Shown here piece by piece: positions 11,104-21,803 of a stretch of DNA of 64,000 nucleotides. The notes under the pieces are model-generated. The model saw only the letters and a program-made list of their open reading frames with translations. It did not search any database and was not told the origin of the DNA. How positions within the stretch are numbered: the first letter of the stretch is position 1; the number at the start of each line of letters is the position of its first letter. Made by a program: the position numbers and the translations under genes. This DNA comes from Promethearchaeota archaeon (GTDB taxonomy: Archaea > Asgardarchaeota > Lokiarchaeia > Sigyniarchaeales > SOKP01). The stretch is from positions 1 through 64,000 of the forward strand of contig JBHLLT010000005.1 in assembly GCA_048938855.1 (NCBI GenBank), given 5' to 3'.

Positions 11104-11615
11104 TTAGTTATATTTAGATGCAAGTAATGTACAATAAAAAATGATTCAATCTCATGTTTAATTTGCCATAATTCGGCAATAATTATCTGATCCTCCCCAA
11201 CTTCTGAAAAAGATATATTATATTCTCCATAGATATGAAATTCATTAGGATTTAAGGAGAAATTCCCTATGGTTTGATATAATGTTCCATTTGATGGATT
11301 ATTTGAACTTAATAAAGTATCTTCATTTCCTTTTTTAATTTTAAATCCGAACATAAATTCTCTATTTAAATGATTTTCAACATTTAAATAAAATGAAATA
11401 GTCTCATTTGCAACAGCTTTAGTTGGATAGTTTCCTGCTTCTTGATTCTCATTTAAAATGCTATAAGCGATAAATCCTGGCTCAGGTGTTAGTATAAAAT
11501 AGATTACAAATCCTGACACAACAATTATCCCAAAAATAAGGCATAGTTTGAGTAATTTCTCGAAGTGATTATTCTGATCCTTTAATCTGTCACTCATAAT
11601 CTTTAAACCATGCAA
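11100..11615 (-). CDS. DUF1616-like membrane-anchored protein
   Basis: Single N-terminal TM then ILNENQEAGNYP..VENH; true start may be slightly downstream. Confidence 0.6.
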   Translation of the reverse strand: MHGLKIMSDRLKDQNNHFEKLLKLCLIFGIIVVSGFVIYFILTPEPGFIAYSILNENQEAGNYPTKAVANETISFYLNVENHLNREFMFGFKIKKGNEDTLLSSNNPSNGTLYQTIGNFSLNPNEFHIYGEYNISFSEVGEDQIIIAELWQIKHEIESFFIVHYLHLNITN

Positions 11616-12651
11616 TAGTTTTCCTTAATCCTTCTTCTAAGGATGTTGTTGGCTCCCAATTGAGAATATTCTTTGCCTTATCAATCACAGGACATCTATA
11701 GACAGGATCATCAATAGGTAATGGTTTAAAAACTATTTTTGAATTAGAATCGGTTAATTCTTTTATGATTCGGGCAAGTTCTAAAATTGTATATTCCTTA
11801 TTATTCCCTAAATTAATAACCTCTCCAATAGCTTCATCTTTATACACCATTTTAAGAATTCCTTCAATTTCATCAACTACATAAATAAATGATCTAGTCT
11901 GAGATCCATCTCCAAATATAGTTATATCTTCATCATGAAGGGCTTGATATATAAAATTAGGAATAACTCTCCCAAATTCTGAACCATGTCTTATTCTAGG
12001 TCCTGAAGTGTTAAAAATTCTAACAATTTTCGTTCTCATTTTATGTTGTAGTTCATAAGCTTTAACATAAGCCTCTCCAGCTCGCTTTGATTCATCATAA
12101 CAACTTCTGGGCCCAACAGGATTTACATGTCCAAAATAACTTTCTGGGGTCGGTATTGCTTCTTTTGGGGGATTTCCATAAACTTCAGATGTACTTGTAT
12201 AGAAAAAAATTGCATTATGGAATTTTGCAATCCCTAATGAATTCAATGTTCCTAATGTATTACTCCGAAGTATAGAGATTGGTTCCTTTTGAAATTCGAA
12301 AGGGGATGCCCTACTAGCCATATGCATAACAATATCAATTTTTTTAATGTCTCCTACACAAATTCCTAATGGGTGATAACTCATACCGAAATATATTGGA
12401 TAAGAAATATCATGATTGATAAAGCGAAAGTTTTCTTTGTCCATCAAATGAATTACGTTTTTAGGCTTTCCTGATGATAAATTATCTAAACAGATACAAT
12501 AAGCACCTTGTTCAACTAAGACATCGCAAACCCAGGAACCGAGAAACCCTGCACCTCCAGTTACCAAGATTATTTTGTTCTCAAAAGAAATATTATCTTT
12601 TTTGATTCTTTTAATTATCTCTTGAACATCTTGGCAAATATCATAGTTCAA
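11590..12651 (-). CDS. UDP-glucuronate decarboxylase-like NAD-dependent epimerase/dehydratase
   Basis: VTGGAGFLGS, STSEVYG, GPRSCYDESKR, DDP. Confidence 0.9.
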   Translation of the reverse strand: MNYDICQDVQEIIKRIKKDNISFENKIILVTGGAGFLGSWVCDVLVEQGAYCICLDNLSSGKPKNVIHLMDKENFRFINHDISYPIYFGMSYHPLGICVGDIKKIDIVMHMASRASPFEFQKEPISILRSNTLGTLNSLGIAKFHNAIFFYTSTSEVYGNPPKEAIPTPESYFGHVNPVGPRSCYDESKRAGEAYVKAYELQHKMRTKIVRIFNTSGPRIRHGSEFGRVIPNFIYQALHDEDITIFGDGSQTRSFIYVVDEIEGILKMVYKDEAIGEVINLGNNKEYTILELARIIKELTDSNSKIVFKPLPIDDPVYRCPVIDKAKNILNWEPTTSLEEGLRKTIAWFKDYE

Positions 12652-12824
12652 TTTTCATAACCTTCGTACGTTTTAATATAGTACTTCTTATTTATTGTAT
12701 TAAATAAATTTTTCTTTATGATCTCAACAGAGTGGAAGTATTATGTTTTAATTTCATAATCGAATTTTTAACAGAAGAAAAAGATCTATATCAACTATTT
12801 TTTAAAAATACCCAATATTTAAAG

Positions 12825-13409
12825 TTAATTTGTTTTTGAACCACAATATTGACAAAATTTTAACTCTGTAGGATAATGTTTCCCACATTGGGGACATTTT
12901 TTCAAAGAATTTTTAAGAATTTCTCGTCCTAACATTTCAAAAGCTTTTTCTACATTTTCACCTGTTTTAGCAGAAGTTGTTAAAATTTCTCCCTGAAATT
13001 TATATTTTTCGAATAGTTGTTGAGCATCCGCTTTCTTTACTTTTCTTTTTAAATCTGATTTAGCTTCAATTAAAATCTTTGTTTTAGGAGAATTAGGCAC
13101 GGATGAGATTACATTTATCCAATCATAAAGATCATTTAGAGAATCTTCATTTGTAACATCATATAACATTAAAGCACCTGAAGCTCCAGATACATAAGAT
13201 GGAAAAAGCAATCGGAATTTTTTTTCTCCTGCAAAATCCCAAATATTTAATAATATTTCAGTATCATCAACCAATACTTTTTTAGTTTCAAAATCAACTC
13301 CAATCGTAGAAAGTGTTGATTTTTCGAACTTTCCTGTAGCATATCTACGAATTAAACTCGTTTTTCCAACGTTCTTAGCTCCAGCAACGACGACTTTAAA
13401 TTTTATCAT
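12825..13409 (-). CDS. Rab-like small GTPase with C-terminal zinc ribbon
   Basis: GAKNVGKTS, STIGVDF, IWDFAG, TSAKTGENV; CPQC...CQYCG tail. Confidence 0.9.
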   Translation of the reverse strand: MIKFKVVVAGAKNVGKTSLIRRYATGKFEKSTLSTIGVDFETKKVLVDDTEILLNIWDFAGEKKFRLLFPSYVSGASGALMLYDVTNEDSLNDLYDWINVISSVPNSPKTKILIEAKSDLKRKVKKADAQQLFEKYKFQGEILTTSAKTGENVEKAFEMLGREILKNSLKKCPQCGKHYPTELKFCQYCGSKTN

Positions 13410-13543
13410 ATTTTACATCGCTCAACTTTTTTTAAAACTAGAAATTTTACTCAATTAAATTCAATAATATTATAAATTATTTTTGAAAATATTAAAAATC
13501 TTTTTTATTATATTAATAATTTAGAGGTTTTATTATTATCAAA

Positions 13544-15889
13544 TTATCTATTATTTTTATATTTATAACGGCTTAATTTATAGATTTCTTCAGCAATTTT
13601 TTTTCCAATTTTATCAATTTTTGTTAAATCGGGGATATCTGCTAAGAAAATATTTTGTATAGTCTTCAATTCTTTCAAAAGGTTTTTTGCTCGAAGTGTG
13701 TTTACACCAGGTATCCCCGCAACGATATATTCTAATAAATCTGATGTTTCTATAGGTGCCTTTTCAAATCTTAATTTGGGTGGAGATGATGTATCAGTTT
13801 GTTCTTTTCTTGCTAATTGATAGAGAAAATTAGCGGTTTCAATAACATTTTGAGTTTTATAAATTGTGATTCCTAAATTAAGAATTATCGATGTGATTGC
13901 ACCATAGAGTGCATTTTCACTTATATTTGAATCTTGAAATATATCTCCCTCAAGTATTAATATTGGTCTTGAAAAATTTTCACCAAGCTCACTCAATTCA
14001 GCAAAAAGCCGTCCATCAATGATAGAATCATTAAAATCTTTTGCAGATTTTCTTTCGATTCCTACCCTTTCCGAAATAACATAATCTGCAATTGATAACT
14101 GCTCTAACTTAATTCTAATACCCATTAAGGAAAGTGTTCTTACAACTGGAGATGCAGTTTCACGATTATCACAAATAATTTCAACATTTTCGGCATCCTT
14201 AATTTTACTAACTAAATTTAGATCAGGTACGTCATTTACTTTGGATTCATTCTTTTCATTATTCTCATCAGAAATAAAGTTGAAAAGATTAGATTGTCCT
14301 GACTTTGATTTAGAATCGGAATTTTTTATTTTGTCTAAACTTAAATGCATACTTTTTTCTTTAGATCTTTCTGCCCAATAATAACCTTCGTCTCTGGTCC
14401 CTTCAGCCATTAAAACATAAACTTTCCCTTCCTTTTTTCTACCAGTACGTCCACGACGTTGAATAGAACGAATAGCACTAGGAACTACATCATAAAACAC
14501 GACCAGATCGCATTCTTCAATATCTAAACCCTCTTCGGCAACGCTTGTACCAACCAGTGTGTTGTAAATTCCCTCCTTAAATTCATTAAGTAGATTTATT
14601 TGCTCTTTTTGAGTTAAACCTCTATCTGTTCCTCTAGTGGTCTGCCCGACAAACTTATGAATTTTAATTATTTTATTTTTTTCAAAAATTTTTACAATAT
14701 TATTAACAGAATCTCTAAAGTGGCAAAAAACAAGTATTCTTGAATCTGGATTTGATTTTATCTGATCCATTAATAGAGTTTGTAATTTCTCTATTTTAGG
14801 ATGGACAACTCCTTTAGAATAGAGTATGTTTATTAAATCTCTTGCATGCTTAAAATTTTTATCATAAAATAACTCCTTAAGGGATTTATTTGCGGTATTT
14901 TTCTTAATTTTCTCCTCATTCTTTTCAAAATAATCTTTAAGTGCACTTACACCTTGGGTTTCTATTAACTCAGTCATATGAGATAATCTTATGGCATTAG
15001 CTGTTATCTTTTTTGCATTAAACATTTGAAATTTTTCATCACTATTTCTTACTGTAGAAATTCTACGATTGATAATATTGCTAACTTTTAATAATTCTTT
15101 TCTGGTAACTTTATTTATATCATAGGACCCAATTAGTTCGTTTTCTTTTAAAATTTTATAACAATCTTTTAACATTTGCTCTAGGATGGTCTTAACTTCT
15201 AAAAAATCACTTGGAAGCTTAATTTTTATCCATTCATTGTCTACTTTATGAATATATGGTTTGACATCCATGTCTTTTTCTGTTCTGATTTCAATATGGT
15301 TTATAAATAAATTTTGCTTAATTTCGTTAATTTTGCCTTCAGTTGAACCTGGACTTGCTGTCAAACCTAGAATTTGAGAATTATTCGCTAGATCTACATA
15401 TTTTTTTGCTAAAAAACAATAAGCATAATCTCCAACAGCTCTATGACATTCATCAAAAATCATTAATGATACATCTTTGATTGAATATAACCCTGATATA
15501 AGATCGTTTTGCAGTACTTGAGGTGTCATAAAAGCCATTTTAATATCAGTCCATAGAGTTTTTCTTTTTTCTGGTGGGATTGAACCTGTAAGAGATATAA
15601 GAGATTCTTCAGGAAGTTCAATTAACTTTAAAAATGAGTTATAATGTTGATCTACTAAAGGTTTCGTGGGAGCTAAAAGAATTATTTTTGAATCTTTAAC
15701 TTCTGTTAATCTTTGTACTGCCAGCATTAAAGCTATGATAGTCTTACCTAGACCTGTAGGGATTACTACTAAACAATTTTTATTTAAACAATTAATAAAA
15801 ATACTTTCTTGGTATTCTCTTCGAGATATACTATTTTGTTTAATAAGAGGGTGAGAAATAAATCCTTCATTTGTAGCTACGAAAATCAC
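13544..15889 (-). CDS. hef: Hef (FANCM/Mph1-like DEAH helicase fused to ERCC4 nuclease)
   Basis: PTGLGKT, DECH, TASPG, QRRGRTGR, ERKS..D nuclease motif, C-terminal HhH. Confidence 0.93.
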   Translation of the reverse strand: MIFVATNEGFISHPLIKQNSISRREYQESIFINCLNKNCLVVIPTGLGKTIIALMLAVQRLTEVKDSKIILLAPTKPLVDQHYNSFLKLIELPEESLISLTGSIPPEKRKTLWTDIKMAFMTPQVLQNDLISGLYSIKDVSLMIFDECHRAVGDYAYCFLAKKYVDLANNSQILGLTASPGSTEGKINEIKQNLFINHIEIRTEKDMDVKPYIHKVDNEWIKIKLPSDFLEVKTILEQMLKDCYKILKENELIGSYDINKVTRKELLKVSNIINRRISTVRNSDEKFQMFNAKKITANAIRLSHMTELIETQGVSALKDYFEKNEEKIKKNTANKSLKELFYDKNFKHARDLINILYSKGVVHPKIEKLQTLLMDQIKSNPDSRILVFCHFRDSVNNIVKIFEKNKIIKIHKFVGQTTRGTDRGLTQKEQINLLNEFKEGIYNTLVGTSVAEEGLDIEECDLVVFYDVVPSAIRSIQRRGRTGRKKEGKVYVLMAEGTRDEGYYWAERSKEKSMHLSLDKIKNSDSKSKSGQSNLFNFISDENNEKNESKVNDVPDLNLVSKIKDAENVEIICDNRETASPVVRTLSLMGIRIKLEQLSIADYVISERVGIERKSAKDFNDSIIDGRLFAELSELGENFSRPILILEGDIFQDSNISENALYGAITSIILNLGITIYKTQNVIETANFLYQLARKEQTDTSSPPKLRFEKAPIETSDLLEYIVAGIPGVNTLRAKNLLKELKTIQNIFLADIPDLTKIDKIGKKIAEEIYKLSRYKYKNNR

Positions 15890-16079
15890 CAGTGAAGTTA
15901 AGGTTATTTAGATATTGAAGATAAAATTTAATTGAAATATTTAAACTAACAGACTTTACAAGATCATTAAAAAATACTTAAATTCTTAAATCGAATTAAC
16001 AATATTTTAATAAATTGAATTAATTATTGTGGAAAGAAAAATTTATTTCGTATGACTGACTTCTTTTAAATAGATTTCT

Positions 16080-16183
16080 GCGCGGGTGGTCTAGCGGTAT
16101 GACGACAAATTTTTTGCATACTGCATTGAAAACGTTAAACGCTCACACCGTGTAAATCGGGGGTTCAATTCCCCCCCTGCGCA
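16080..16183 (+). tRNA. tRNA-Val (anticodon CAC) with 32-nt intron in the anticodon stem (16107-16138)
   Basis: Acceptor GCGCGGG/CCTGCGC-A; removing the intron gives ACACG-CT-CAC-AC-CGTGT; T arm GGGGG-TTCAATT-CCCCC. Confidence 0.88.
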
Positions 16184-16281
16184 CTATAAGGCTAATAATC
16201 AATATTTATTTAATAAAACTCTTTAAAAACCATAAAAGTTATATGAAATTATGCATTTTCAAAAGTTAAATTACTCTTTCT

Positions 16282-16596
16282 TTGGGTTTAATTATGTCTA
16301 GTTTCTTGGAATCTCGAGATTTACGGAAGCAGTATAAAAAAGTCAGAGAATATGTTAAAATTGGACCAATCTTTCTCACTAGGTACGAAAAAGCCAGAAT
16401 AGTTGGTGCACGCGCATTACAACTAAGTTTTGGCGCTCCTATATTAATCGAGAAGCCTAAGCGTTTAATAGATCCTATAAAAATTGCACAAATTGAACTT
16501 AGGGCCGGGATTTTACCATTAACCATCAGACGTGAAAATCCGAGCGGAGAATTTCAAGATGTCCCTATAAGCAAATTAATATTAAAAAAGGATTAA
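16282..16596 (+). CDS. rpoK: DNA-directed RNA polymerase subunit K (Rpo6/RPB6)
   Basis: LTRYEKARIVGARALQLSFGAP...LPLTIRR. Confidence 0.95.
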   Translation: MGLIMSSFLESRDLRKQYKKVREYVKIGPIFLTRYEKARIVGARALQLSFGAPILIEKPKRLIDPIKIAQIELRAGILPLTIRRENPSGEFQDVPISKLILKKD

Positions 16597-16633
16597 ATTT
16601 TCAAATTTCAAAAAGATATAATTAGTTTACACT

Positions 16634-17065
16634 TTATTGAACACGATATTTTCCTCTTTCAGTCAAGAAATATACTGGTTTATTTCCAACTACTTCTGAT
16701 TCTAAATATCCTTTTGAAACTAAATCAACAAGAATCTTTTCTAATTCTACCTTCTTGAATCCAGGGAGTCCTAAAGGCATTCTTGATTGATTAGCAATAA
16801 TAGCAATTCTTTCTAAAAAAAGTCTTTTTCCCATAAATGTTTCAAGGATTGTAATTTCATCATTTGATAACCTTTCAAATTGGTCATGTTCCAAATAACT
16901 TTCCTTTAAAACTTGAGCTAGATCTTGAGTGTCTGGACTAATCACTTGTTTATGAGTTTCAACATGTTTTAAGGTAACTAGATCTTTAGCGACTAATTTT
17001 TTTTTCCCTTTTTTTGTATCTTCTTCGTTCTCTACTTCTGTAGGATGATTATTCTTATTTTCCAT
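16634..17065 (-). CDS. hypothetical protein with C-terminal winged helix
   Basis: LEKILVDLVSKGYLE...VYFLTERG is a typical wHTH wing; charged N-terminus. Confidence 0.7.
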   Translation of the reverse strand: MENKNNHPTEVENEEDTKKGKKKLVAKDLVTLKHVETHKQVISPDTQDLAQVLKESYLEHDQFERLSNDEITILETFMGKRLFLERIAIIANQSRMPLGLPGFKKVELEKILVDLVSKGYLESEVVGNKPVYFLTERGKYRVQ

Positions 17066-17140
17066 AATATTACCATAAGGAATTTAAATATAAATTTTTA
17101 TAATACTACAGTAATTAAATAAGCAATAGATCTATTATTA

Positions 17141-17674
17141 TTAATTTTTTTTGTAAGTATAGTAGAATTTTTCATTTCCTTTTAATGTCATAGCGATTCT
17201 ACCTTGCTTATTTAGATAATCTAAATAATTCTCAATAATATTTTCTCGTATATTTAAATTTTTCAATTCAATACAATAATGCGCTAAAGCATTAGCAGTA
17301 AATCCTTTTTCTTCATTGTTTAAGAAGTTAAGAATTATCCTTATTATCTTTTCATCGATTACCTTAATTTTGGAAGCTTTATGTTCTCTTAAAATAAGTC
17401 CAGCAGCTACGAATGAAATTATATTGCCTCCTCCAACAATTCCTCCAAGAATAACTAAGATCCCCGAAATTAGTGCAGCTTTCAAAGATAATAAACCCCC
17501 AACAATAGTAATTATACCCCCTATAATTGTTACAATTTGAAGTATCATTACAAAGTTTGGTCCAATCGAAGATAATTCCGGATACAAAGTTGGGATTGCA
17601 AAACTTATAAGTATAGTAAAAATCCCACCGATTATAGATATAATGATACCTGTTTTTTTTGAAATGGATTTCAC
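17141..17674 (-). CDS. membrane protein with C-terminal winged-helix-like domain
   Basis: About 3 Gly/Ile-rich TM segments then ILNFL..FTANAL..LDYLNKQGRI..FYY. Confidence 0.7.
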   Translation of the reverse strand: MKSISKKTGIIISIIGGIFTILISFAIPTLYPELSSIGPNFVMILQIVTIIGGIITIVGGLLSLKAALISGILVILGGIVGGGNIISFVAAGLILREHKASKIKVIDEKIIRIILNFLNNEEKGFTANALAHYCIELKNLNIRENIIENYLDYLNKQGRIAMTLKGNEKFYYTYKKN

Positions 17675-17791
17675 TTCTATTAAGAGTTTAATTCGTAATA
17701 AATAACAATAAGATTCTAAATAAAAAAATGTAATTAAATATTATAAATTTAAAAAAAGAAATATTGATTCAAATCTTTATATACATTTATC

Positions 17792-18358
17792 ATGAAAAAA
17801 GTCTTAGAGTTAAAAACTGGAGAGACAATAATCTTTAGACATTTAACTAAATCTGATGTTAACGGGGTTTGGAAAAATTTTAATGAGGTTATTGAAGAAG
17901 GTTTGTATTTACCTGTATTTTTTCCCGTAAGATCTCAATTAGAGAAAGACTCTTGGTATCATAATATCAAAAAAGAGAATGAAATTTGCATAGTTGCAGA
18001 AAATCCCAGTATCAAATCCCCCTACAACATTATTGGTCAATGTGAGATCTCTAATTCCAATTGGGATGCTGCTACACATGTGGGTACTTTAGGGATTATC
18101 GTAAAACAAAAATATCGAAACCAAAATATAGGGAGAACTCTTATCGATTTAGCTATTCGAGAATCTAAAAGGCTAAATAATAAAGAAAAAATCTTATTAA
18201 GCAGTTTTTCTACTAATGAGAGAGCTATCCATCTTTTTACAAAAGTTGGGTTTAAGATTATTGGAGTTAGAAAAAAGCAATTTCTAATGGATACAGAGTA
18301 TATTGATGAAGTTTTGATGGAACTTTGGATTGATGATTATATAACCCAAAATCTCTAA
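17792..18358 (+). CDS. GNAT family N-acetyltransferase
   Basis: GIIVKQKYRNQNIG motif A, NERAIHLFTKVGF. Confidence 0.88.
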   Translation: MKKVLELKTGETIIFRHLTKSDVNGVWKNFNEVIEEGLYLPVFFPVRSQLEKDSWYHNIKKENEICIVAENPSIKSPYNIIGQCEISNSNWDAATHVGTLGIIVKQKYRNQNIGRTLIDLAIRESKRLNNKEKILLSSFSTNERAIHLFTKVGFKIIGVRKKQFLMDTEYIDEVLMELWIDDYITQNL

Positions 18359-18482
18359 TAATGAATATCATTTTAGCAGCCTTAAACCACTTAAAATTAG
18401 CCATAATGATTGTATAGAAACCTATTAATAAGAATAGTCTATTAATTTTATTTAATAAAATATTATTAAGAATCATCATTTT

Positions 18483-19088
18483 ATGCTAAAATATAAAATT
18501 TGTATAGCAGGTTCTAAGGGTGTTGGAAAATCCTCCTTGATAACTAGGTATGTAGATGATACGTTTAATGAGAAATCAATGAAAACAATTGGAGTAGCTT
18601 TTAAAAGAAAGGAGATTAAGATAAAGGAAAACTTAAGTATTGAATTGAATATCTGGGATTTTGGAGGCGAACAAAAATATCGTATTCTGTTTCCTGCATA
18701 TGTAAATGGTGCTGCTGCTGCTTTATTACTTTATGATACAACGGATAAGAGTTCTTTAGATGATATTAAAAATTGGGTTCAAATCATTGACGATAATTCT
18801 AAAGAAATCATTAAGATAACAATTGGGACCAAAATAGACCTAAAAGAACAACGAGAAATTTCTAAAGCTGAAGCCATTAATATTAGTAAAAAATTCAATT
18901 GTTACGGTGACCCTATTGGTACTTCATCAAAAACGGGTGAAAATGTCAATAAAGCATTTCAAAATGTAGTAGAAGCAATTATCGAGCAAAAATTGCATGA
19001 ATGCAAAAATTGTGGAGAATACTTCTCTAAAAGATTAAAATATTGTAATTTTTGTGGGAAAGAAAGTACTATTAGTTCCATTACATAA
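18483..19088 (+). CDS. Rab-like small GTPase with C-terminal zinc ribbon
   Basis: GSKGVGKSS, TIGVAF, IWDFGG, TSSKTGENV; CKNC...CNFCG tail. Confidence 0.9.
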   Translation: MLKYKICIAGSKGVGKSSLITRYVDDTFNEKSMKTIGVAFKRKEIKIKENLSIELNIWDFGGEQKYRILFPAYVNGAAAALLLYDTTDKSSLDDIKNWVQIIDDNSKEIIKITIGTKIDLKEQREISKAEAINISKKFNCYGDPIGTSSKTGENVNKAFQNVVEAIIEQKLHECKNCGEYFSKRLKYCNFCGKESTISSIT

Positions 19089-19096
19089 TAAATATG

Positions 19097-19930
19097 TTAC
19101 AAATCCTCTTTCTCTCTCCTATAGAGTGATGGTGGAGGTCTAGCATTTTCTAATGGCTTACTTTTAAGCTTTTGAATAAAAACTTGAAGCTCCATTTTAG
19201 CATTTTCAATTGAGGATTCGATTTCTTGCTCAACATTCTCTGCACCAAGAACAAAATCTCCATGACTAGGAAAAAAACTGTTAATTCTTAATGTATTTAA
19301 AATGTGTAAGGAGTTAATATATTCAGAAATTGAACCGGACTCATAAATGTTAGTAATAGCTCCTTTATATAATGTATCACCTGTAAAGATGTATTGTTTA
19401 ACTGGTTCATAAAGACAAATACAACCAGATGTATGACCCGGAGTCTCAATTATTTTTAAAACTACATTTCCTAAATCAATGATGTTTCTATCTTCAAGCC
19501 ATATATTAATTTTCAAATTAGATAAATCTACACCCCATTTTTTACCTTTTGTTATCAATTCATCTGTATGTTGGATTTTTGTAGCAGCCCACCTATGTGC
19601 AGCAAATGGACAATGCAGATATGCATTAGAACTAATATGATCAAAGTGTTCATGAGTATTAATAACTAAATTAATATCTTCAATTTTTAAACCTATTTCA
19701 GTTGTAAGCAAATAATTAAGACTATTGAATTTAGTGATAATCCCTGTATCTATTAGTACATTTAAACTTTCACCAATAATTAGATAAACATGACAACCAG
19801 GTCCCCCTGTATGAAATTGATATATATTAGGTTTTATAAGGTTTAGTGTGTACCCTGCTTTCCCATAAATATCATCTTCTTTAATTAAACGTGGCCTAAA
19901 TATAACTGCTTCTTTGCCTTTATCCATCAC
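19097..19930 (-). CDS. MBL-fold metallo-hydrolase
   Basis: THEHFDH, TPGHTSG, TGDTL, PSHG. Confidence 0.88.
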   Translation of the reverse strand: MMDKGKEAVIFRPRLIKEDDIYGKAGYTLNLIKPNIYQFHTGGPGCHVYLIIGESLNVLIDTGIITKFNSLNYLLTTEIGLKIEDINLVINTHEHFDHISSNAYLHCPFAAHRWAATKIQHTDELITKGKKWGVDLSNLKINIWLEDRNIIDLGNVVLKIIETPGHTSGCICLYEPVKQYIFTGDTLYKGAITNIYESGSISEYINSLHILNTLRINSFFPSHGDFVLGAENVEQEIESSIENAKMELQVFIQKLKSKPLENARPPPSLYRREKEDL

Positions 19931-20007
19931 AAATCACATCAAATTATAATAATACAATTTTAAATATTGAGTATGTTAAGAACAATAAAAATCAAACTAT
20001 TTGAGTA

Positions 20008-21450
20008 TTAAGGAAACTTTAATCTCTTATGGTATTCATCTGAACTTTTTTGATCTAAAGGATTTTCATTCAAGAAAATGAAATTCAGATTTTTAAGATC
20101 TTCAACACTCTCTCTTCGGAATTCAATAATACTATTTCTCCCAAGATGTAACATGATAAGATGCTGTAATTTATTTAAATTCTCTACCCGTTTTAATTCG
20201 TTATTATCTAAATAAAGTTCTTGCAATTCTCTTAAATTCTGTAATCCCTCAATCTTTCCGATTCGGTTATAGGAAAGCTCTAATTTTTTTAAATTTAACA
20301 AATTCTCAAGAGATTCAATTTTTGTAATGGAGTTGTATGAGAGATATAATCCCTTTAATTTCTCAAGTAAATCTAAACCTTCAATTTTTGAGATTTTATT
20401 ACTATTTAGATATAACCACATTAAATTTTTTAAGTTTTGAAGACCTTTTATTCTTTCTATTCTATTAAAAGATAGATTTAGTCTTTCTAATTCAAGTAAG
20501 CTGTCAAGATTGTTTATATCTTCAATCTTATTGCGTGTCAGTTCTAAGGTCTTTAAATTAATTAAATTATCTAAATTTTCTATTTTACTTATTGAATTTT
20601 GATTTAATAATAATTTTTCTAAATTCTTTAATGCATTAACACCCTCAATACTCTTGATTCTATTATTTGATAAATTTACTTCTTCTAATTGTTGCAATAC
20701 ATCTAAATACTCAATTTTCTCCAAATTGTTATGAGATACATCTAAAGTTCGTAATTTTTTTAGAATCTGAACTCCATCCAGAGACATAAGATTATTACGA
20801 TGTAAATGAAGATGTTCTAACGCTTTCAATAAATTTAACGATTTAATGTCATTAATTTTAGTTATATTAGAACTTTCACAATTCAAATAGCTAATTCTGC
20901 CGTTTTTCAAGCTGACGTGGTAACCACATTTTTTCGTATAAAAATTATATAATATAAGATTTATGCAAATGTCTAGGTATATTTCTGGGATAACTTCATT
21001 AATATTATAGTTAAATATTTCTTTTGGGAAATTTTTTAACTTGGACTCAAATCCTTTTTTAATCGACTCTTTTAGATAATCAATTAATAATTTTCGAGCT
21101 TTTAAGCTTTCCATTGAATTTAAGGTTTTAATAGCAAAAATTTGCAATTCTACATTATCTAATCTATTCAATGTATATTTCATTAAAGGTAAAAGTTTCT
21201 TATTATGCAAATACTTCTCGTTTAATATCCTCCCAGCAATTAATCTTAGCTCTGTATCCTCATCAGATAGATATAAATGTTCAAAAAATCTGAAATTATT
21301 TCCTTCATCAATTAAACCATAATTCAATAAAGCATTTTGGCGCTTTTTTGGATCAGTTGAACTATCAATCCACTCCCTTAAAAGAGCTAATCCTTCTTTT
21401 TTTCCTATTCGGTCCAAATTTTCTTTAATATAATCTGGATGTAATTCCAT
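20008..21450 (-). CDS. leucine-rich repeat protein (SDS22-like LRRs) with HEAT-like N-terminus
   Basis: About 12 22-aa repeats LxxLxxLxLxxNxIxxIExL; helical N-terminal part. Confidence 0.88.
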   Translation of the reverse strand: MELHPDYIKENLDRIGKKEGLALLREWIDSSTDPKKRQNALLNYGLIDEGNNFRFFEHLYLSDEDTELRLIAGRILNEKYLHNKKLLPLMKYTLNRLDNVELQIFAIKTLNSMESLKARKLLIDYLKESIKKGFESKLKNFPKEIFNYNINEVIPEIYLDICINLILYNFYTKKCGYHVSLKNGRISYLNCESSNITKINDIKSLNLLKALEHLHLHRNNLMSLDGVQILKKLRTLDVSHNNLEKIEYLDVLQQLEEVNLSNNRIKSIEGVNALKNLEKLLLNQNSISKIENLDNLINLKTLELTRNKIEDINNLDSLLELERLNLSFNRIERIKGLQNLKNLMWLYLNSNKISKIEGLDLLEKLKGLYLSYNSITKIESLENLLNLKKLELSYNRIGKIEGLQNLRELQELYLDNNELKRVENLNKLQHLIMLHLGRNSIIEFRRESVEDLKNLNFIFLNENPLDQKSSDEYHKRLKFP

Positions 21451-21583
21451 ATTGAGAAATTATAAATTTGAAATTTTTGAATACTCCTTAATTAATGACA
21501 TATGATAGAATAAGTATAAATCTAATCTGTAATAAAATAATAAAAAAAAGAAAATAAAAAAGCTTAAAATATTAATTCCCTTT

Positions 21584-21632
21584 AAATTTAGAAGCAATGA
21601 TGGATAATCTGTGGTTCTATCTCCTTATATTC
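21584..21632 (-). repeat. degenerate copy of the actin 3' end (matches 23368-23416), followed on the minus strand by a similar T-rich terminator
   Basis: 43/49 nt identical; encodes EYKEIEPQIIHHCF* versus actin [14 protein letters not shown]. Confidence 0.85.
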
Positions 21633-21803
21633 GCAAGGATAAAGATATACTTCATCAATATCTTTATAAATTCTCTGATTTCATTTACATTTTGATATCT
21701 CTTAGTGATATTCAATATAAAGTTTATATTAATGGAGATTAAATAAAAAAAGAAAAAAGTTGATATTAATTAGTTTAGCTTATCATATTTTTAATATTAT
21801 CCT

